A stretch of DNA of 64,000 nucleotides from an uncultured delta proteobacterium (GTDB lineage: Bacteria; Myxococcota_A; Polyangia; Fen-1088), in NCBI GenBank assembly GCA_963755125.1, contig CAVWIP010000001.1, forward strand, positions 256,001-320,000, given 5' to 3'. A program made the position numbers and the translations under genes. The notes beneath the pieces are model-generated. The model searched no databases. It saw only the letters and a list, made by a program, of their open reading frames with translations, and was not told the origin of the DNA. Shown piece by piece: positions 23,377 through 32,339 of the stretch; the stretch's first letter is position 1; the number at the start of each line of letters is the position of its first letter.

Positions 23377-24126
23377 CTATTCGGTGCGAACCACAGCCAG
23401 GCCCAGTCCCTCCACGATGCGTGCGGTGGCGCGTTCCACCAGGGCCGCGTCGCGGCCGTCGACGGTGATCTTGACCTTGTATTCGGCGACATCGAGGCGA
23501 GGGTAGGAGCCCACGGCCACGCCGGGAAACTCGGCCACCACGGCGTCGAGCGTCCCGGCGATGATGGCCTCCCCCTCGCGGGAGTACACCGCGCGACTGA
23601 GGATGGGGCCGGCGCGGAACATTTCTCGCACCATCTGGAACTTGCGGCGGAATATCTCGGGCACCCCGGGCAAGAGGTAGACGTTCTTTACCGTCACCAC
23701 GGGCCAGCGGGAACGGTCCCCATCCGGGCCGTAGAGCAGTTGTGCGCCGTCGGGGATGTCCGCCATGCACAGGTCGCGCTCGTGCAGATTGGACCCCATG
23801 GCCGAACGAATCTTGGCTTCCAGTTCGAGATTGCGCCGCAGCAGCAGGCCAAACGCCTTGGCCATCGCTGCCATGGTCACATCGTCGTGGGTGGGGCCTA
23901 CGCCGCCCGAGGTGAAGACATGATCGTAGCGACCGGACATGCCGCGCGCGGCTTCCGCGATCTCGTCGATCTCGTCGGGGATGACGTCGATGCGGCGGAC
24001 CGCCACGCCTAGCCCGCGCAGCTCGCGCGCCAGATAGCGGGCATTCTCTTCTTCGACCTTGGCAGAAAGGATCTCCTCGCCGATGACCAGGATTCCCGCG
24101 GTTGGACCGTGAAACGGCAGTTTCAT
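23377..24126 (-). CDS. CinA-like / MoCF-biosynthesis-domain protein (molybdopterin-binding fold)
   Basis: IGEEILSAKVEEEN, TSGGVGPTHDDVT and LPGVP. Start set at the ATG at 24126. Confidence 0.85.
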   Translation of the reverse strand: MKLPFHGPTAGILVIGEEILSAKVEEENARYLARELRGLGVAVRRIDVIPDEIDEIAEAARGMSGRYDHVFTSGGVGPTHDDVTMAAMAKAFGLLLRRNLELEAKIRSAMGSNLHERDLCMADIPDGAQLLYGPDGDRSRWPVVTVKNVYLLPGVPEIFRRKFQMVREMFRAGPILSRAVYSREGEAIIAGTLDAVVAEFPGVAVGSYPRLDVAEYKVKITVDGRDAALVERATARIVEGLGLAVVRTE

Positions 24127-24178
24127 GTCGGCGACACCCAGGATACATCGATGGTTGGCATGTCCACCACAGGAGGAG

Positions 24179-24607
24179 CTAGCGAAGCGGATTGACCCAG
24201 CGAAGCTGGGGGAAGCGCGCGAAGTCGGCGTCGTTCGAGTGGAGTTCGGCCTGGTGCTCGATCGCCAACGCAGCCAGTTGCGCATCGGTCGTCAGGTTGC
24301 CTGCCGCGCCCAGCCCGCGCAGAAGGCGGAAGGCAATCTCCAGGTGGCGTGGGCCGGGAACCAAGAAGCTGACCTGGCTGCGTGACAGCCATCTCTCCAC
24401 ATGGGCCACGGCGTTCTCGACGGTCATGGGACGATCGAAGATGCGCGGATTGGTCACCACCCGGATGAAACCGTAGAGAGCGGGCGCTGCAAGGCCCACG
24501 GGCTTGGGGTCGTTCATCAAGTGCTCCCACCAGCGGCGCGCCTTCGCGTGCTCGGCGAAACCGTTGATGTGCGCGTAGACCAGCAGGTTGACGTCAGGAA
24601 CAATCAC
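24179..24607 (-). CDS. vapC: VapC-family PIN-domain toxin
   Basis: PDVNLLVYA…TDAQLAALAIEH…SNDADFARFP…WVNPL (acidic PIN residues). Confidence 0.93.
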   Translation of the reverse strand: MIVPDVNLLVYAHINGFAEHAKARRWWEHLMNDPKPVGLAAPALYGFIRVVTNPRIFDRPMTVENAVAHVERWLSRSQVSFLVPGPRHLEIAFRLLRGLGAAGNLTTDAQLAALAIEHQAELHSNDADFARFPQLRWVNPLR

Positions 24608-24873
24608 GATCGCCTTCGGCGCGTCGGAACCAGGAGGGCTTCGTCTTCTAGCTCGTCGGCGTACTTGTTGAGCGCGGTCCGGTCCAGCCCCGGCAACAAG
24701 GCCGCGTGATGCGCTGTGATCCGGTAGACGGCTTGCGCTTCGCCCGCGCCACGTGGAGAAAGACCGCGGCGAATGGCCTCGTTCACGACTTGCTTGAAAG
24801 GCTTGCGCGCCCGATGCACTTCCCCTTCCACCAGGTGGAAGACATCGGCGTCAAGCGTGAGGGTTGTGCGCAT
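24604..24873 (-). CDS. vapB: VapB-type (ribbon-helix-helix) antitoxin
   Basis: N-terminal MRTTLTLDADV…KQVVNEAIRRGL, 4-nt overlap with the toxin and an acidic C-terminus. Confidence 0.88.
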   Translation of the reverse strand: MRTTLTLDADVFHLVEGEVHRARKPFKQVVNEAIRRGLSPRGAGEAQAVYRITAHHAALLPGLDRTALNKYADELEDEALLVPTRRRRS

Positions 24874-24877
24874 GAAG

Positions 24878-24913
24878 GCATCATGATGCTAAATAATAGA
24901 GTCGTCAAGATGC
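24878..24913. promoter_or_regulatory. Probable VapBC autoregulatory operator
   Basis: Perfect palindrome GCATCATGATGC (24878-24889) 4 nt from the antitoxin ATG, with a degenerate second copy GTCAAGATGC about 24 nt away. Confidence 0.6.
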
Positions 24914-25100
24914 TATCCGAGGCCGGCTTGGCTATCCGATACCGCGGGCCAGGCCGGTCTTCCTGGAAGAGCGTTTGCACGCGACCAACTTGCCCTGGGG
25001 AAGGTTGAAATGAAGTCACCTTGCCTCCATGTGTCACCGAGCATCACCCAAAAAATTGCGCCTCCGGATAGCCTCCCCATACTGATGGGACGGAGCCGTC

Positions 25101-25412
25101 ATGCGTCGCGATACCCGGCCAAGAAGAACCTGGATTCTGCGTGGGCTGGCGGCTGTCCTGCTGGCCGTCACCTTCGGGTACGTGCCCTATCATCTGTATG
25201 CACGTTCCGGCTACGCCCGCTATCTGGAATTGCGGCGCGATCTGGTGGCGGCCAAGAGCCGCAACACACGCCTGCGCGCCGAGAACGAGCGGCTGGCCCG
25301 TGAGGTGGAGGCCCTGCGCACGGATTCTCGCGCGCTGGAACAGGTGGCCCGCGCCGACATGGGGTGGGTGCGACCGGGCGAGATCCTCTTCGATTTTGCC
25401 GAGGGGCGATGA
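25101..25412 (+). CDS. ftsB: Septum formation initiator FtsB/DivIC-family protein
   Basis: Single TM, coiled coil (LRAENERLAREVEALR) and LEQVARADMGWVRPGE. Confidence 0.85.
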   Translation: MRRDTRPRRTWILRGLAAVLLAVTFGYVPYHLYARSGYARYLELRRDLVAAKSRNTRLRAENERLAREVEALRTDSRALEQVARADMGWVRPGEILFDFAEGR

Positions 25413-27601
25413 GACTGTCCAAGCTGCGCGCTCGTCTGGCTTTCGAGACCCGGCGTGCTTGGCAGACGGTATGGGGCTTCGCCTTGGTGGCGACCATGGG
25501 TGCCCTGCTGTGGCTGGGCTGGTTTCCCGACCTGCGCCGGCCCGGCGCTGACTGGACGCGCGGGTTGGCCGCGGCCGCGCTGGCGGCGGCCTTGCTGGTC
25601 AAGCTGGCCGGTCGCATCGGCACCAGCGAGCGCCGGCGCACCCGCGCGCGCGAGTTGATTTCCGATCTCGAGATGGGACTGCTCTTGCTCTCGGCAACTT
25701 ACGTCTTTCTGTCCATGGTGGGCGGGGTCACCGCGCCTTTGTATCCGCTGGTCTACGCGCTGGTCAGTTTCCTGGTGACCTTCCATCCCCTGTCGGTCGG
25801 CTGCCCGCTGGCCGCGGCTGCGCTCGGTTTCGAGGCCATCATGGCCTATGGCCTGGGCGCCACGCCGGATGCGGCGGCCGCCTTTCCCGGACACGCGGGC
25901 TTCATCGCCGTGTTCGCCGTGCTGAACGTGGCCTTCCTGCACGCCGAGGTGGCGCGCCAGCGACGCGAGCGCCGGCGCTGTCTGGAGGCGGAGGTGGCTT
26001 CCATGAAAGAGGAGGCACGCGATTTCCGCCTGATCTCGTCGGCGCTGAGCTGCGAGCACCATGTGCGCACGCGCGCCGAGGAAGAGGAGAAGCTGTCGCA
26101 GGGATCGATCGAGACCATTCACGATCAGTTGCTGCACACGGTGGATTTGCTCCGTCGATCGATGGCGCTGCAGACCTGCGCCCTGCTCTGGCTGGACAGC
26201 ACGGGCGACAAATTGAAGTTCAAGGAACTGTCGAGCGATTCCCCGCACATGGCGGAAGGGCCGCTGTCGGCGCACACCGGTGTGCTGGCCGCCATCATCA
26301 AAGATCGGCGGCCCTGTGTTCTGGAATCGCCGCGGCTGTCGCTTTTGCCCTATTACCAGGGGCCGGCCGATGTGTCGGCCTTCCTGGGCGTGCCGGTTTC
26401 GGAGGGATTGTCCCTGCGCGGGGTGCTGGTCGGCGATCGCGAGGCGGGCGCTGTCTTCTCGGCGAGCGAGGTGGAGTTGTTCACCGCCGCTGCGGATCAG
26501 GTGATGCGCATCGTGCAGTCCGAGCGTGTGTTCCAGGCGGTCGAGCGCTCCAAACACGAGCACGAGCGCTTCTACCGGGCCTCGGCTGCGCTCAACCGAG
26601 CGTTGACCCTGGCCGAGGTCTACGACGCTGCCATCGAAGGCGCGCGCGGTGCGTGCGAGTTCGACTTTGCCGCCATCGCGACTTACGAGAACGCCGACGG
26701 GAACCACGTTCTCAGTCGGGTGGTGGGCGAGGGGGCCGACGATCTGGCGGGCCGGACCTTCTGCGACCCGGGCTCCATCGCGTCCATGGTGGTCAAGAAC
26801 AAGCTGGCCTTGCCGGCTGCCGGCGACTGGCGCGATCGCGGCGGCTCCTACGTGTTCGAGCCGCGCGAGCGTTTCAAGGGTTTCGAGTCGCTCTACGTGT
26901 TGCCCCTGCTGGTCAAGGACGAGGTCATGGGAACTTTCACCGTGGCGGCCCAGCGAGCCGGCGCCTTCCCGGCTGACCGGCGCGAGATGCTGGGCGTGAT
27001 CGCGAACCAGGTGGCCATCTCGATGCAAAACGGCCGCATGGTTCAGGCGCTGGAGGAGCAGGCCACCACCGACGGGCTGACCGGCCTGGTCAACCACCGC
27101 ACCTTCCAGGAGCGCTTCTCCGCCATGCTGGGCCGGGCCGAGCGCCACTCGATGCGCGTGTCGTTCATCCTGACCGACATCGACCATTTCAAGAAGATCA
27201 ACGACACCCACGGCCACCCGACCGGCGATCAGGTGTTGAAGCGGGTGGCGCGTATTTTGAAGGCCAGCGCGCGCAAGATCGACATCGTGGCCCGCTACGG
27301 AGGCGAGGAGTTCGCGTTGGTGCTGGAGGGCACGGATCGCACCGGCGCGCGCCAGTTGGCCGAGCGCATCCGGCAGGAGGTGGGCGCGCAGACACACGAC
27401 TCGGCCAAGGGCGCGTTCAGGGCGACGCTGTCGCTGGGCGTGGCGGTATATCCCGAGGACGGCAAGAGCAAGCAGGAACTGATTGCCAACGCCGACCAGG
27501 CCCTGTACGCAGCCAAGCACGGCGGCCGCAACCGCACCGTGTGCCACGGCGAGTTCGCGCGCGCGAAAGACGCTGCGCCGCGGGCGCGCGCAGCGGGGTA
27601 G
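25409..27601 (+). CDS. dmxA: Membrane-anchored diguanylate cyclase (TMs + 2 GAF + GGDEF), DmxA-like
   Basis: TDGLTGL, DIDHFKKINDTHGH, RxxD I-site (RKID) and GGEEF. ATGA overlap with ftsB. Same architecture and ftsB linkage as Myxococcus DmxA. Confidence 0.85.
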   Translation: MRLSKLRARLAFETRRAWQTVWGFALVATMGALLWLGWFPDLRRPGADWTRGLAAAALAAALLVKLAGRIGTSERRRTRARELISDLEMGLLLLSATYVFLSMVGGVTAPLYPLVYALVSFLVTFHPLSVGCPLAAAALGFEAIMAYGLGATPDAAAAFPGHAGFIAVFAVLNVAFLHAEVARQRRERRRCLEAEVASMKEEARDFRLISSALSCEHHVRTRAEEEEKLSQGSIETIHDQLLHTVDLLRRSMALQTCALLWLDSTGDKLKFKELSSDSPHMAEGPLSAHTGVLAAIIKDRRPCVLESPRLSLLPYYQGPADVSAFLGVPVSEGLSLRGVLVGDREAGAVFSASEVELFTAAADQVMRIVQSERVFQAVERSKHEHERFYRASAALNRALTLAEVYDAAIEGARGACEFDFAAIATYENADGNHVLSRVVGEGADDLAGRTFCDPGSIASMVVKNKLALPAAGDWRDRGGSYVFEPRERFKGFESLYVLPLLVKDEVMGTFTVAAQRAGAFPADRREMLGVIANQVAISMQNGRMVQALEEQATTDGLTGLVNHRTFQERFSAMLGRAERHSMRVSFILTDIDHFKKINDTHGHPTGDQVLKRVARILKASARKIDIVARYGGEEFALVLEGTDRTGARQLAERIRQEVGAQTHDSAKGAFRATLSLGVAVYPEDGKSKQELIANADQALYAAKHGGRNRTVCHGEFARAKDAAPRARAAG

Positions 27602-27881
27602 GGGAGGCCCTGCCCGGGTCGCTGAACGTGCCGAAGCAACGACCGGCCCTCGCGTGCCGACAACCCTCCACGCAATCTCGCGCGGCGAAGTCGTACCTGC
27701 TCCCGCCACGCCTCCAGCGGCCCGTAGCGAGCAAGACAAGCCCAAGCGGCGATCATGATATACCCGGTCTTGCTGCCATCCCACGAGCCTAGTCTCTTCT
27801 CTCGGGTTGTTTCCAGGTACACTACCCCGGGTGGTCGGCAGAGCATCCATAGCTCCTGCACTATGTGCAACCGGAGGCACC

Positions 27882-29048
27882 ATGTTGAATCGCGTGTGTT
27901 CTGTTCTCGTGACGCTGACCGTACTGTCTATGCTGGTCATCACCGTGGGTGCAGTCGGGTGCGGCAGTGGTGGCGGAGGCACGACCAGAACCACGGGAGG
28001 AGCAACCGCCTTCGCGGGCACCACCGGCACCGCGGGTGGCGCGATCAACTCCGCCGGAGGTGTGGCCAGCCCCACCGGAGGCACCACGGACGCCGTCGGC
28101 GATGCGGGTGGAGGAGGCATGGCCAGCACCACCACAAGCATCCCCAACTATGCGGGCACAGTCGGCACCACTGGAGAAACCACAGGCGGAGGAAGCACCA
28201 GCACAATGGGAGCCTCCGGTGGAGGAGCCACCATGGTCACCAGCGGAGGAACCACCAGCGATGCGGGTGTGACCGGCACGACTGGAGGAAGCACCATCAC
28301 CATCGAGGGCACAGGTGGACGAGGCAGCGCTAGCGTTGTCGGAGGCACCACCAGCGATGCGGGTGTAACCAGCATCACCGGCGGCGCACAGGCGAGTCAG
28401 GACGGTGGTGCCCCCGCCCCTTGTGGCTGCAACGGCAAGAGCGACTGCGCAGTGTGGAAGAGCGTGTTCATCACCTGGTACGGATTCAACGACAACTCGT
28501 GCACTGTCGAGACCGAGCACGACTGCAACACCATCGCGTTCCCTGGGCTCGGACCCCAGAAGCACCAGGTAGCCACCGAAGGCAAGGGGACGTACGACGA
28601 CCCCATCACCTGCGCCGCCTCGGCGACCGACAGCGGTGGCGACAGTGAATCGTCCGGGGGCGTGACGCTTTCGCCTGGCACACTCGTCTACAACCCCGAG
28701 GTAAAGAAGTACTTCATCATGGAGGACCAGTGCGCCGAGTGTACGGCAGACTACCTCTGCGAGCCCGACGACGACACGACCCCGGATACCGATGCCCCCA
28801 CGGGGTGCAAGCAGAACGGGTACCCGCACATCGATTTCTGGATGGGGCCATCCTTCATGCAGAACGCCACCACCCTGAACAACTGTGAGGACAACTCCAC
28901 GATCGGCAACCCGTACGCGGGCACGGGCACCGTCGTCGTCAACCCCCCGGACGATCTGGAGGTCGTCACGACTCCCCTCTACACGGGCACAGGCGCGGGG
29001 GGTGGATGTTGGACGAGCGTTCAGGTCAATTCCGACTCATGCCCTTGA
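27882..29048 (+). CDS. Lipoprotein with a Gly/Thr-rich linker and a Cys-rich C-terminal domain (possibly barwin/DPBB-like)
   Basis: GGAGG RBS before the ATG at 27882 and lipobox AVGC. GGTTSDAGVT occurs twice. C-terminal TWYGFNDN…GTYDDPIT…YFIMEDQCAEC…HIDFWMG. Confidence 0.7.
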   Translation: MLNRVCSVLVTLTVLSMLVITVGAVGCGSGGGGTTRTTGGATAFAGTTGTAGGAINSAGGVASPTGGTTDAVGDAGGGGMASTTTSIPNYAGTVGTTGETTGGGSTSTMGASGGGATMVTSGGTTSDAGVTGTTGGSTITIEGTGGRGSASVVGGTTSDAGVTSITGGAQASQDGGAPAPCGCNGKSDCAVWKSVFITWYGFNDNSCTVETEHDCNTIAFPGLGPQKHQVATEGKGTYDDPITCAASATDSGGDSESSGGVTLSPGTLVYNPEVKKYFIMEDQCAECTADYLCEPDDDTTPDTDAPTGCKQNGYPHIDFWMGPSFMQNATTLNNCEDNSTIGNPYAGTGTVVVNPPDDLEVVTTPLYTGTGAGGGCWTSVQVNSDSCP

Positions 29049-29301
29049 CGCTCCCTGGACGGGGAGCACTCTTCCCTCCGTCTGAGTTAGCTTTGGAAAC
29101 CGGGGTGCCTTTGCCCGCACGTACCCACGATTGTCCGTACACCAGGGGCGGAAATGTCGGCGGGCGAAAAATTCCGGGGCAAAATTTCAAGCCGGCTGCC
29201 CAGCTTGAACCCGGAGACGTGAACTCAGGAAATACGCGGGAGCCGCAACCGGCCCACAACGCTCTCGTGTCTGCGTCCAAGATCGACGATATTCCTTGGG
29301 C

Positions 29302-29541
29302 ATGTGGGGACCAATAGCACTCTTGCTGTGGGCTGGGTCGGTCACGGTGTTGCCGATGGGCACGTCCTGCCCAAGCGGAGAGGCCATCGCCGCTGAGTTG
29401 GACCGGTTGGGTGCCGGTGCTGCGCTTGCTGCCTTGGGTTCGTCACAGGTCACAATCAAAGACACGAAGATGCACGTGGTCCTGCGGGGTCGGGACGGTT
29501 CCCTACTGGGTGATCGAGAAGTCGCGGCGCCCGAGGATTGC
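29302..29541 (+). pseudogene. 5' fragment of a secreted myxobacterial-type protein, truncated at the junction
   Basis: Signal-like MWGPIALLLWAG, then CPSGEAIAAEL…LRGRDGSLLGDREV…C. Protein-like character ends abruptly at about 29541. Confidence 0.55.
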
Positions 29542-29687
29542 ATGCGGTACAGACCTATGGTCAACGGAGAGGCGCTACCCGCAAGCCCCCACTTCACGAA
29601 TACGGCCGCAAACCCGAGCAAGCCTGCCCCGAAGATGACTGTGAAGACACCCCGGGAGGATGGAGAGGACGCCGTTGATTCGATCAC
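29541..29687 (-). pseudogene. 5' fragment of an EamA/DMT-family transporter
   Basis: GVFTVIFGAGLLGFAAVFVKW…SPLTIGLYRM is a typical DMT TM1 and TM2 start. The sequence then switches to the antisense of the opposite fragment. Confidence 0.65.
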
Positions 29688-29756
29688 GGTGCGCCGAGGG
29701 TTAGATCGGAAGGCGACCAGAAGCCAGGAAATGAAAGTTGGAAGCGAAGACCTCGT

Positions 29757-32087
29757 TCACCTGCTCCTGACCCAGAGGTACAAATCGCCCCAGCGAGGTG
29801 CCGGAACGAATCCCGTGAGCGAAGCGCCCAATGGGCAACGTAGGTCCGCCACAACGACGTCGGCCTCGGAGACCAGCTTGTCCGCGTCTGAGGCGGACAT
29901 CTCGCCGGAACGTCGGCCTTCCGAGTCCGCGGCAACCGAGGCGTTCACCTCGTTGAGGGGGAGCAGGCGCTGCGCGCGACATCCGAGGTGGGCCACCATG
30001 AGCGCGGGGCGGTCAGGCGGGCGGCGCTCGGGCATCTCGGCGACCGAGATGTCACCGAAATTCTTGCGATTTCGGCTGTAGCGCAGGGTGAAGTCGAAGA
30101 ACACCAGTTCACCCGCGACCGTGATTTCTCGGTAGAGGCTCCCGCTCTGTCTCCACAGCAGGTGGGTGACGCCGAAGCTCGCGAGTTGGTCGAACACCGC
30201 ACCCGGGCTGCCAAGGTAGGCGTAGTCGATTGCCCCCTGATAGAACTGGCTGTCACCCACAACCTTCCTGCGAATCCCGAGCCGCAGGTATTCCTCGTGC
30301 ACGAGCACGACGGCGTTGGCGGGCAGATAGGCAGCGATGGCCTCGTAGCCCGTGTGTGTCGTCAGCGCATTGGTGTCCTTGCGGAACGACGCCGACAGCA
30401 GCTCAATGGTCGGCCTGAAGACCACGTCTCTGATCATCGCGTGGGTTGGCAGAAACGGTACGTCCCCGCCCCAGACCAGTTGCAGGCCGACTAGGGCCGC
30501 GACACCGATGCGGGCCACCAGGTTACTGGACCACGCGAGCGCGAGGGTGGCGCTGGTGGACGCGACCATCCACGGCAGCAACGCCTGCAGGTAGCGGTCT
30601 TGGTGGTAGGTCCAGTACCATACGAAGACGCCGATCATCGCACCGGTGGCAAGCAACCAAGTCCGTCCGCTGCGCCGAACGAACAGCAGCAGGGGCAGGC
30701 TCAGCGTGAACAGGAACCCGAACACCGGCACGTCGTGGTGGAAGGGGTACCAGTCGTGAGGAACGAAAGAGAACTTGAACGCGGCGATTGAAGTTTCGCG
30801 AAGACGCTCGATCAGTGTCCCGGTCGGCCGCCAGTCCGCGACCGGGATCAGGCCTTGCCAGCCGGGAACCCAGGGCCGGGAGGGGAAGAGTTTGCCCAGC
30901 AACGGGTACACCGGGTTGCCGTGCCAGATCAGATTCGCGAGCCAGTGCGATACCGTGGCCAGCAGGGCAACCACGGCCACCAACCCTGGGCCGCTCGCCA
31001 GGAACTTCAGGATCCGACCTCGGTGTTGCGGGATGGCACGAACTGTCCCGACGAGCAGGAACAAAGCCACCGGGATCAAGAGGCTGAGGGCCTGGTACTT
31101 GGTGAGAGCGCCACCCGCGATCATCAGGCCGAGCAGCACACACCTGCCCGCAGACCAACCGCGCAGCACGCGAGCGGCGGCGAGAGCCAGCGGAACCGCC
31201 CAGAAAGCGAGCACATGGTCGGCCGCCCCTCCCAGGCTCGAGTCGTAGAGGAACAGCCCGGGAAACAGGAAGAACACAACCCAGGACATGCCCGCACGCT
31301 TGCCGGGCACCAGCACCTCCACCAGCAACGGCAGCGAGGCGAGGGTCGCCAGAAACAGGAGAAACTCCAGGTGCGCCACCAGTTCCAGACGGAAGAACTC
31401 GTCGCTTGGGGTGATGGTGAACGCCCAGGTGTAGAGCCAGGACGCCAGGTGAGGCAGCGCACCCGAAAACGATCCCTCGGGGAAGGCTCGGATGCAGTGG
31501 GCGACGCCGTAGTGCTCCGCGATGGGGATGTGGTACGTCTGGGCGTCAAAGGCGAGGTTGTCCGGGGTCATCACGCAGAGGTAGACGAGCGTGATCCCAA
31601 GCGTGCCCACGACGGCGGCGCCGACGCGCAAGACGGAGAAGGAAGCCGTGGGCCTCGGAAATCCACGCACATGCCGGAATGCGCGCATTAGGTAGGGCAC
31701 CAGCGACGGAGCCCCCGCGGCCGTCAGGACGGCCGGGAACAGGTAGTAGAACGGACCGCGCAGGAGGCAAAAGATGCCAGCGAGGAAGATCCCGGTGCCG
31801 AACGCGAGGACCCCGACGGCGAAGTCGAACAGGAGCCGTTCGCGTACGCGCAGCCTGAGTCCGGGGAGGACGCCAAGCAACGCATGACCTGCTGACAGGC
31901 AGGAAATGCCGAACACCAGCGTCCAGAGCCAGATCCCTGCGTACTTCCAAAAGATCCAGTTGGCGACGGGCTCGTGCCCGTTGGTAGCGACCAACAGGAT
32001 GTAGATGTCCGCAATCAAGGTCGCGACAAGCAGGTAGGGACGCGCACGATCGAAAATGCGTCGCAAGACGAGAAGGGCGTGTGGCAT
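29757..32087 (-). CDS. Large polytopic membrane protein, GT-C-like glycosyltransferase
   Basis: FDAQTYHIP loop, TKYQ, W…N…GNPVYP and DRYL motifs with many TMs. Start taken as the ATG at 32087. Confidence 0.65.
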   Translation of the reverse strand: MPHALLVLRRIFDRARPYLLVATLIADIYILLVATNGHEPVANWIFWKYAGIWLWTLVFGISCLSAGHALLGVLPGLRLRVRERLLFDFAVGVLAFGTGIFLAGIFCLLRGPFYYLFPAVLTAAGAPSLVPYLMRAFRHVRGFPRPTASFSVLRVGAAVVGTLGITLVYLCVMTPDNLAFDAQTYHIPIAEHYGVAHCIRAFPEGSFSGALPHLASWLYTWAFTITPSDEFFRLELVAHLEFLLFLATLASLPLLVEVLVPGKRAGMSWVVFFLFPGLFLYDSSLGGAADHVLAFWAVPLALAAARVLRGWSAGRCVLLGLMIAGGALTKYQALSLLIPVALFLLVGTVRAIPQHRGRILKFLASGPGLVAVVALLATVSHWLANLIWHGNPVYPLLGKLFPSRPWVPGWQGLIPVADWRPTGTLIERLRETSIAAFKFSFVPHDWYPFHHDVPVFGFLFTLSLPLLLFVRRSGRTWLLATGAMIGVFVWYWTYHQDRYLQALLPWMVASTSATLALAWSSNLVARIGVAALVGLQLVWGGDVPFLPTHAMIRDVVFRPTIELLSASFRKDTNALTTHTGYEAIAAYLPANAVVLVHEEYLRLGIRRKVVGDSQFYQGAIDYAYLGSPGAVFDQLASFGVTHLLWRQSGSLYREITVAGELVFFDFTLRYSRNRKNFGDISVAEMPERRPPDRPALMVAHLGCRAQRLLPLNEVNASVAADSEGRRSGEMSASDADKLVSEADVVVADLRCPLGASLTGFVPAPRWGDLYLWVRSR

Positions 32088-32339
32088 GGCGGCGTTCGAT
32101 CCGGTCGAGTGCTTTCCGGCCCCCGCAAGGGTTCGCTGGCAGTCGCAATGTATCAAGTGGCCCTGCCGATCTCCAATCCCCCTGGTTTGTCCAGAGCAGC
32201 GCGCGGACGGGACGGAGACGCGGTACACAGACAGCGCATGGCCGGCCCTGGCCCACGGTCTTTACGGCCCAATACCTACTCCTGCGACCAGACACGTCTG
32301 CTGTGCGCCGAGCCGTAGCCACTGGAACCTTGTTTGGCG

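Noticed and set aside
25220..28147. 975-aa ORF on the minus strand
   Set aside because: It is the antisense shadow of the DGC and lipoprotein genes. Long stop-free antisense frames are expected in high-GC coding DNA, and it has no recognisable motifs.
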